Shown here in pieces: positions 22,710 through 29,064 of a stretch of 32,000 nt of DNA. The stretch lies in the sequence record CM128224.1; one strand, given 5' to 3'. Every line of letters starts with the position of its first letter. The stretch's first letter is position 1. The notes beneath the pieces are model-generated. The model saw only the letters and a list, made by a program, of their open reading frames with translations. It was not told the origin of the DNA and ran no database searches. Position numbers and translations under genes: made by a program.

Positions 22710-22794
22710 GCATCCATGGCAGAGTGGTCGATCGCACCGCACTCATAATGCGGTTCTTTTTAAGGCGCCGTTGGTTCAAACCCAACTGGATGCA
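22710..22794 (+). tRNA. trnI(CAU): trnI(CAU)-like tRNA, 85 nt, with a 16-nt variable region
   Basis: Cloverleaf: acceptor gcatcca/tggatgc, anticodon stem ccgca/tgcgg with loop ctCATaa, T arm gttgg-ttcaaac-ccaac. The 5' half (gcatccatggc.ga.tggt) and the 3' end (ctggatgca) resemble plastid trnI(CAU). The unusual parts are a 16-nt segment (ttctttttaaggcgcc) between the anticodon and T arms and a weak D stem. Confidence 0.7.
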
Positions 22795-22803
22795 AATATT
22801 TAA

Positions 22804-22883
22804 TTGCCTTTGGTCGGACTCGAACCGACACGTCAAAGACATCAGTTCCTAAAACTGACACGTATACCATTTCGTCACAAAGG
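22804..22883 (-). tRNA. trnL(UAG): tRNA-Leu (anticodon UAG), class II
   Basis: The reverse complement folds with acceptor gcctttg/caaaggc, a 3-bp D stem acg/cgt, anticodon stem tcagt/actga with loop ttTAGga, variable arm gtc-ttt-gac, and T arm gtcgg-ttcgagt-ccgac. Confidence 0.9.
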
Positions 22884-22933
22884 CTTTTACTTTAAATTAC
22901 TCTATTTAAAAAATAGAGTAATTTAAAGTGAAA
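22884..22933 (-). terminator. About 23-bp stem-loop between the rbcL stop and trnL(UAG)
   Basis: ttttactttaaattactctattt pairs with aaatagagtaatttaaagtgaaa, with one non-Watson-Crick position and a 3-nt loop. It abuts the trnL 5' end. Confidence 0.6.
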
Positions 22934-22942
22934 GTTACAAAC

Positions 22943-24370
22943 TTATAGAGTATCTACAGTATCAAATTCAAATTTGATTTCTTTCCATACTTCACAAGCT
23001 GCAGCTAATTCAGGGCTCCATTTACAAGCAGCGCGAATAACATCGCCACCTTCACGAGCAAGGTCACGACCTTCGTTACGAGCTTGTACACATGCTTCAA
23101 GTGCTACACGGTTTGCAGCAGCACCAGGTGCATTACCCCAAGGGTGTCCTAAAGTACCACCACCAAATTGTAAACAAGCATCATCACCAAAAATTTCTAC
23201 AAGAGCTGGCATGTGCCATACGTGAATACCACCAGAAGCTACTGGCATTACACCTGGTAATGATACCCAGTCTTGAGTAAAGTAAACACCACGACTACGA
23301 TCTTTTTCGATGTAATCATCACGCATTAAATCAACGAAACCTAAAGTAACTTCACGTTCACCTTCTAGTTTACCTACAACAGTACCTGAGTGTAAATGGT
23401 CACCCCCAGATAAACGAAGAGCTTTTGCTAAAACACGGAAGTGCATACCATGATTTTTTTGACGGTCAATTACAGCGTGCATTGCACGGTGAATGTGTAG
23501 TAATAAACCCTCATCACGACAATAATGCGCTAAAGTAGTATTTGTAGTAAAACCACCAGTAAGGTAATCGTGCATAATGATTGGTACACCAAGATCTTTA
23601 GCTAATTCTGCACGTTTTAGTACTTCTTCATTTGTAGCTGCTGTTGCATTTAAATAGTGACCTTTAATTTCACCAGTCTCAGCTTGAGATTTATAAATAG
23701 CTTCAGCAACAAATAAGAAACGGTCTCTCCAACGCATAAAAGGTTGTGAGTTTACGTTTTCATCATCTTTTGTAAAATCAAGACCACCACGTAAACATTC
23801 GTATACAGCACGGCCGTAATTTTTAGCAGAAAGACCTAGTTTTGGTTTAATTGTACAACCTAATAATGAACGACCATATTTGTTAAGTTTATCACGTTCA
23901 ACTTGGATACCATGTGGAGGTCCTTGGAACGTTTTAACATATGCTGGTGGAATACGAAGATCTTCTAGACGTAATGCACGAAGTGCTTTAAATCCAAAAA
24001 CGTTACCTACAATTGATGTAAATAAGTTTGTTACAGAGCCTTCTTCAAAAAGATCAATTGGATATGCAACATATGCAATATATTGATTTTCTTCGCCTGC
24101 TACTGGTTCAAGATCATAGCAACGTCCTTTATAACGGTCTAAACTAGTTAAACCATCAGTCCAAACAGTCGTCCAAGTACCTGTTGAAGATTCTGCTGCA
24201 ACAGCTGCACCACATTCTTCTGGTGGAACGCCTGGTTGAGGAGTCATACGGAAAGCTGCTAAAATATCCGTATCTTTTGTTTGGTAATCAGGAGTATAAT
24301 AAGTTAAACGATAATCTTTAACACCTGCTTTAAAACCTGAACTGGTTTTTGTTTCTGTTTGTGGAGCCAT
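22943..24370 (-). CDS. rbcL: RuBisCO large subunit, form IB (green type)
   Basis: 475 aa ([29 protein letters not shown]...) with the active-site blocks [16 protein letters not shown] and [11 protein letters not shown]. Coordinates are from the ORF track. Confidence 0.98.
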   Translation of the reverse strand: MAPQTETKTSSGFKAGVKDYRLTYYTPDYQTKDTDILAAFRMTPQPGVPPEECGAAVAAESSTGTWTTVWTDGLTSLDRYKGRCYDLEPVAGEENQYIAYVAYPIDLFEEGSVTNLFTSIVGNVFGFKALRALRLEDLRIPPAYVKTFQGPPHGIQVERDKLNKYGRSLLGCTIKPKLGLSAKNYGRAVYECLRGGLDFTKDDENVNSQPFMRWRDRFLFVAEAIYKSQAETGEIKGHYLNATAATNEEVLKRAELAKDLGVPIIMHDYLTGGFTTNTTLAHYCRDEGLLLHIHRAMHAVIDRQKNHGMHFRVLAKALRLSGGDHLHSGTVVGKLEGEREVTLGFVDLMRDDYIEKDRSRGVYFTQDWVSLPGVMPVASGGIHVWHMPALVEIFGDDACLQFGGGTLGHPWGNAPGAAANRVALEACVQARNEGRDLAREGGDVIRAACKWSPELAAACEVWKEIKFEFDTVDTL

Positions 24371-24505
24371 TTTTAATAAATTATTATTTTATTTTACGAT
24401 TAGAAATCTACCCGAAATATTAGTTAAATTTTATTGTAATAAATAAAAATTTTTTATTTATTTTTATAATAGCATATAAATATTATTTATACAAAATATT
24501 GTTAT

Positions 24506-24531
24506 AATTTCAATATTTGAATATTGAAATT
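24506..24531. repeat. Palindrome with 12-bp arms in the divergent rbcL/rps14 spacer
   Basis: The sequence is aatttcaatatt-tg-aatattgaaatt. Function is unknown. Confidence 0.5.
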
Positions 24532-24630
24532 AATACCGCATTCTTCTTAATATATATATATATTCTAATATTTTTAAAAATTAAATTTTATATATTATAT
24601 ATTATATCAAATATTATAAGGATTACCAAA

Positions 24631-24933
24631 ATGTCAAAAAAAAGTATGATTGAGCGTGAAAAAACACGTTTTGCGTTAGTGCAAAAATATTTAAAAAAAC
24701 GTCAAGATATAAAAAGCGCGCTAAAACAAGCAAACTCAATGGAAGAAAAATTTCAGTTACAAATAAAATTGCAACAATTACCTAGAAATAGTGCCCCAAG
24801 TCGATTACATAATCGCTGTAATATTACTGGAAGACCTAAAGGATTTTATAGAAATTTTAATTTATCTCGTAATACATTACGAGAATATGCACTAAAAGGA
24901 TTATTACCCGGAGTTAAAAAGTCAAGTTGGTAA
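24631..24933 (+). CDS. rps14: 30S ribosomal protein S14
   Basis: 100 aa from the ATG at 24631 ([13 protein letters not shown]...[28 protein letters not shown]...LPGVKKSSW). The track's 38-codon upstream extension is AT-rich and not S14-like. Confidence 0.95.
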   Translation: MSKKSMIEREKTRFALVQKYLKKRQDIKSALKQANSMEEKFQLQIKLQQLPRNSAPSRLHNRCNITGRPKGFYRNFNLSRNTLREYALKGLLPGVKKSSW

Positions 24934-24974
24934 TTTTTTTTAATTAAAAAAAAATTTAATTCTTTTAATTTTTT

Positions 24975-25007
24975 ATTTTTTTAGCGGGTTGCCCCGCTAA
25001 AAAAAAA
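24975..25007. terminator. Bidirectional terminator-like hairpin between convergent rps14 and psbA
   Basis: A T-run, then agcggg-ttgc-cccgct (24983-24998), then an A-run. The stem is GC-rich and is flanked by U-runs on either transcript. Confidence 0.6.
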
Positions 25008-25023
25008 GATTAGAGTTTAAATA

Positions 25024-26103
<1,080 letters not shown>

Positions 26104-26131
26104 TTATAAAAGGGATTCTCTCAAAATTAAA

Positions 26132-26160
26132 ATTATACAATTATATATAAATATTTGCAT
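26132..26160 (-). promoter_or_regulatory. Weak candidate psbA promoter
   Basis: On the minus strand, ATGCAA, a 17-nt spacer, then TATAAT, about 45 nt upstream of the psbA ATG. The -35 match is poor and the context is AT-rich. Confidence 0.2.
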
Positions 26161-26192
26161 TAATTTTTAATTTGTTAATATTTATATTAATT

Positions 26193-26256
26193 AAAATTAT
26201 CTGCAAATTTATTGCTTTTTTTTTAATTAAAAAGTAATAAATTTGCAGATAATTTT
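26193..26256. repeat. 28-bp inverted repeat (one G-T position) in the divergent psbA/clpP spacer
   Basis: aaaattatctgcaaatttattgcttttt (26193-26220) pairs with 26229-26256, with an 8-nt loop. Confidence 0.7.
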
Positions 26257-26354
26257 TCTATTACTTTGACAGTTAGTAACTAATTTTTTGTTTTTCTAAA
26301 AAATTAATAAAATTAAAGCAGAATAAAATAACTTAATAAAATTAATAAAAAAAA

Positions 26355-26969
26355 ATGCCTATCGGTGTACCAAAAGTCCCATTTCGCCTTCCAGGCGAGC
26401 TTGATGCTCAATGGGTTGATTTATATAATCGATTATATAGAGAACGTGTTCTTTTTCTGTGTCAAGATTTGGAAGATGAATTAGCTAATCAGTTGATTGG
26501 TATTATGTTGTATTTAAATGCAGAAGAAGAAACCAATGATGTATTTCTTTATATTAACTCTCCTGGTGGGTCTGCAATTTGTGGTATAGCTGTTTTTGAT
26601 GCTATTAATTATATAAATGCTGAAGTTACTACAATTTGTGCTGGTACTGCTTCTTCAATGGCTTCTTTTGTATTAGCTGGTGGGGCAAGAGGAAATCGAA
26701 TTGCATTACCTCATGCCCGTGTGATGCTGCATCAACCAGAAGGTGGAAGTAAAGGACAAGCGGCAGAAGTAATTTATGAATCTTTAGAAGTAGTACGGAT
26801 TAGACACCAAATAGGTCGTATTTACGCTGAGCGTACTGGGCAACCCTTAAACAAAGTATCAGCTGATTTAGACCGAGACGTTTTTTTATCTGCGCAAGAA
26901 GCAAAAAATTATGGCATTGTAGATAAAGTTGTGGTTAATATGGCAAATATGTATCCTGAACGTAATTAA
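26355..26969 (+). CDS. clpP: ATP-dependent Clp protease proteolytic subunit, no introns or insertions
   Basis: 204 aa. The catalytic Ser (GTASSMAS), His (MLHQP) and Asp (DLDRD) contexts are all present. Confidence 0.96.
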   Translation: MPIGVPKVPFRLPGELDAQWVDLYNRLYRERVLFLCQDLEDELANQLIGIMLYLNAEEETNDVFLYINSPGGSAICGIAVFDAINYINAEVTTICAGTASSMASFVLAGGARGNRIALPHARVMLHQPEGGSKGQAAEVIYESLEVVRIRHQIGRIYAERTGQPLNKVSADLDRDVFLSAQEAKNYGIVDKVVVNMANMYPERN

Positions 26970-27188
26970 AAATTTTAAATAAAATAATATTTAGTAATTT
27001 AAATTTAATTTTATATTTAATAGATTTTTTTCATTTAAAAATAAAAATTTTTTTATGCTTTAAAAAAAGTAGTATAATAAATAATAAGATAAAATCAGCC
27101 TAATTGCGGTAATATATTTTTTAAAAAATCTAAATTATATTATTAAATTAATTAAATAAGAGATTTTTTAATTTTAAAAATTAAAATT

Positions 27189-27836
27189 ATGAGTAAAATT
27201 TACGATTGGTTTGAAGAACGCCTTGAAATTCAATCAATTGCTGATGATATTTCCAGTAAATATGTACCACCACACGTTAATATTTTTTATTGCTTTGGTG
27301 GAATAACATTTACTTGCTTTTTAGTTCAAGTAGCTACAGGATTTGCGATGACTTTTTATTATCGACCGACAGTAGCTGAAGCTTTTACTTCTGTTCAATA
27401 TTTAATGACGCAAGTTAATTTTGGTTGGTTAATTCGTTCTATTCATAGATGGTCAGCAAGTATGATGGTTTTGATGATGATTCTTCATATTTTTCGTGTT
27501 TATCTAACTGGTGGCTTTAAAAAACCACGCGAATTAACTTGGGTAACTGGTGTATTAATGGCCGTATGTACTGTTTCATTTGGGGTAACGGGTTATTCTT
27601 TACCGTGGGATCAGATTGGGTATTGGGCTGTTAAAATTGTAACTGGTGTTCCAGATGCTATTCCAGTAATAGGGCCAGGTGTTGTTGAACTTTTACGTGG
27701 GGGTGTTGCTGTTGGTCAATCCACATTAACACGTTTTTACAGTTTACATACTTTTGTATTACCTCTTTTTACAGCCGTGTTTATGCTAATGCATTTTTTA
27801 ATGATTCGCAAACAAGGTATATCTGGACCACTTTAA
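27189..27836 (+). CDS. petB: Cytochrome b6, no intron
   Basis: 215 aa ([38 protein letters not shown]...). Confidence 0.98.
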   Translation: MSKIYDWFEERLEIQSIADDISSKYVPPHVNIFYCFGGITFTCFLVQVATGFAMTFYYRPTVAEAFTSVQYLMTQVNFGWLIRSIHRWSASMMVLMMILHIFRVYLTGGFKKPRELTWVTGVLMAVCTVSFGVTGYSLPWDQIGYWAVKIVTGVPDAIPVIGPGVVELLRGGVAVGQSTLTRFYSLHTFVLPLFTAVFMLMHFLMIRKQGISGPL

Positions 27837-27884
27837 AATAATAACTCGCAAAAGAAACAATTATAAAAAAGATCCAAAATCATT

Positions 27885-28367
27885 ATGGCTGTTACAAAAA
27901 AACCAGATTTATCAGACCCTCAATTACGTGCTAAATTAGCAAAAGGTATGGGCCACAACTACTATGGCGAACCGGCATGGCCGAACGATATATTTTACAT
28001 GTTCCCTGTTGTAATTTTTGGGACTTTTGCTGGCGTTATTGGTCTAGCTGTATTAGACCCAGCAGCAATTGGCGAGCCAGCAAATCCATTTGCTACTCCA
28101 TTAGAAATTCTTCCAGAATGGTATTTTTACCCTGTTTTTCAACTTTTACGTACTGTTCCTAATAAACTGTTAGGTGTTCTTTTAATGGCTGCTGTTCCGG
28201 CAGGTTTAATTACAGTGCCTTTTATTGAAAATATTAATAAATTCCAAAATCCATTTCGCCGTCCTGTTGCTACGACAGTATTTTTAGTTGGTACTGTTGC
28301 AGCAATTTGGTTAGGTATTGGTGCTGCTTTACCAATTGATATCTCATTAACTCTAGGGTTATTTTAA
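27885..28367 (+). CDS. petD: Cytochrome b6f subunit IV, no intron
   Basis: 160 aa ([35 protein letters not shown]...[10 protein letters not shown]). Confidence 0.98.
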   Translation: MAVTKKPDLSDPQLRAKLAKGMGHNYYGEPAWPNDIFYMFPVVIFGTFAGVIGLAVLDPAAIGEPANPFATPLEILPEWYFYPVFQLLRTVPNKLLGVLLMAAVPAGLITVPFIENINKFQNPFRRPVATTVFLVGTVAAIWLGIGAALPIDISLTLGLF

Positions 28368-28396
28368 TATTTATTGTAATGTATGTTTTTTGTTAC

Positions 28397-28426
28397 TTGA
28401 CAAATTATTATTACTAAAAGTAGTAT
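28397..28426 (+). promoter_or_regulatory. Candidate sigma70-type promoter ahead of the SRP-RNA-like hairpin and trnC
   Basis: Consensus TTGACA (28397-28402), an 18-nt spacer, then TAGTAT (28421-28426), 30 nt after the petD stop. Confidence 0.25.
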
Positions 28427-28443
28427 TGTAAATATGATTTAGT

Positions 28444-28517
28444 ACTCTGCGGTAACTAGCTTGAAATTATGTAAGGACTGAAAAGGAGCAACATTCTAAG
28501 CTGATAAAACCACGAGG
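28444..28517 (+). ncRNA. ffs: Candidate plastid signal recognition particle RNA (4.5S-like)
   Basis: - The apical loop is GAAA (28480-28483), closed by U-A and C-G pairs.
- It is flanked by AAGG (28473-28476) and AGCA (28487-28490). Compare E. coli 4.5S AGGUCC-GGAA-GGAAGCA.
- Below that is a 4-bp helix AUGU/ACAU (28469-72 / 28491-94).
- Then comes a 4-nt 5'-side asymmetric loop, AAUU (28465-68).
- Further helices are GA/UC and UAGCUU/AAGCUG (28457-62 / 28498-503).
- Weaker pairing continues out to about 28445/28516.
- No ORF is present on either strand.
- The outer ends are uncertain. Confidence 0.45.
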
Positions 28518-28522
28518 GTTCT

Positions 28523-28544
28523 ATAGGTGGGTTTACTCACCTAT
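28523..28544 (+). terminator. 7-bp GC-containing hairpin just 3' of the SRP-RNA-like element
   Basis: ataggtg-ggtttact-cacctat. It may mark a 3' end, but this is inferred only. Confidence 0.3.
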
Positions 28545-28562
28545 TCTAAATCTGAACACTCT

Positions 28563-28597
28563 TTCAAATGATTCAAAATTATTTTGAATCATTTGAA
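28563..28597 (+). repeat. Perfect 17-bp palindrome abutting the trnC 5' end
   Basis: ttcaaatgattcaaaat (28563-28579) is the exact reverse complement of 28581-28597. trnC starts at 28599. Confidence 0.65.
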
Positions 28598-28598
28598 G

Positions 28599-28671
28599 GG
28601 CGGCATAGCCAAGTGGTAAGGCAAAGGATTGCAAATCCTTCATTTCCTCAGTTCAAGTCTGAGTGCCGCCT
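28599..28671 (+). tRNA. trnC(GCA): tRNA-Cys (anticodon GCA)
   Basis: Cloverleaf: acceptor ggcggca/tgccgcc, anticodon stem aagga/tcctt with loop ttGCAaa, T arm ctcag-ttcaagt-ctgag. Confidence 0.88.
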
Positions 28672-29064
28672 ATATTATATTTAACTACCAACTAAAAAAT
28701 GACATTAGTTATCGCTCTTACTTTTTTTGTACAAGTTACGCCTTATATATATACTAATTGACAACAAAATATTGAAAATATGGTTTATATTAATTAACAG
28801 TTACTAACAACTAATTAATTTAACATTTTCTTGTTTTCTAGATAAAGAAATTAATATTTGAGCCAATTTTATATTTTAAGTTAACAAAAAATTATTAATT
28901 TCGCGGTATTATAAAAATTTTTTTTATTAGTTTTCAAAATTTTTAAATATATGAATTTTAATATATATATTGAACTAATTTCTAAAATATTATAGTTAGA
29001 CTACGTGATAGAAATTATTAAAAAAAATCTTTTTAGTAGTAATTTTTTCTAATATAAAATAAAG

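Noticed and set aside
23038-23044. Apparent 1-nt register shift in rbcL in my manual reading (aataac|catcgcc read as containing one extra C)
   Set aside because: The ORF track gives an uninterrupted 475-aa rbcL at 22943..24370 and a plus-strand ORF of consistent length across the same spot. I therefore treat this as my own counting or reading error, not a frameshift or pseudogene. It does mean that hand-derived coordinates between about 22170 and 23040 may be off by 1.
22974-24086. Three plus-strand ORFs (83, 62 and 68 aa)
   Set aside because: They are antisense within rbcL.
24517-24630. 38-codon N-terminal extension of rps14 in the ORF track
   Set aside because: The extension is an I/L/Y/N-rich translation of promoter-region AT sequence. 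S14 homology starts at [11 protein letters not shown] (24631).
26266-26271. TTGACA box upstream of clpP
   Set aside because: The sequence 17-18 nt downstream (tgtttt) does not resemble a -10 element.
27977-28162. 61-aa plus-strand ORF
   Set aside because: It is an alternative frame inside petD, with no independent support.
28506-28544. Possible tRNA-like or riboswitch-like element (a GGTTC-containing segment, and two mutually exclusive hairpins aaaccac/gtgggttt and ataggtg/cacctat)
   Set aside because: No cloverleaf can be drawn, and there is no acceptor stem or anticodon arm. The first pairing is better explained as the 3' strand of the SRP-RNA-like hairpin. A switch model would be pure speculation.
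28699-28761. 20-codon ORF (MTLVIALTFFVQVTPYIYTN) in the trnC-rpoB spacer
   Set aside because: It matches no small plastid protein family I know (psbT, psbM, psbN, petN, psaM, ycf12 and similar). It would be the only TGA-terminated gene in the window, and it has no SD box. The rest of the 390-bp spacer shows nothing but AT-rich sequence.
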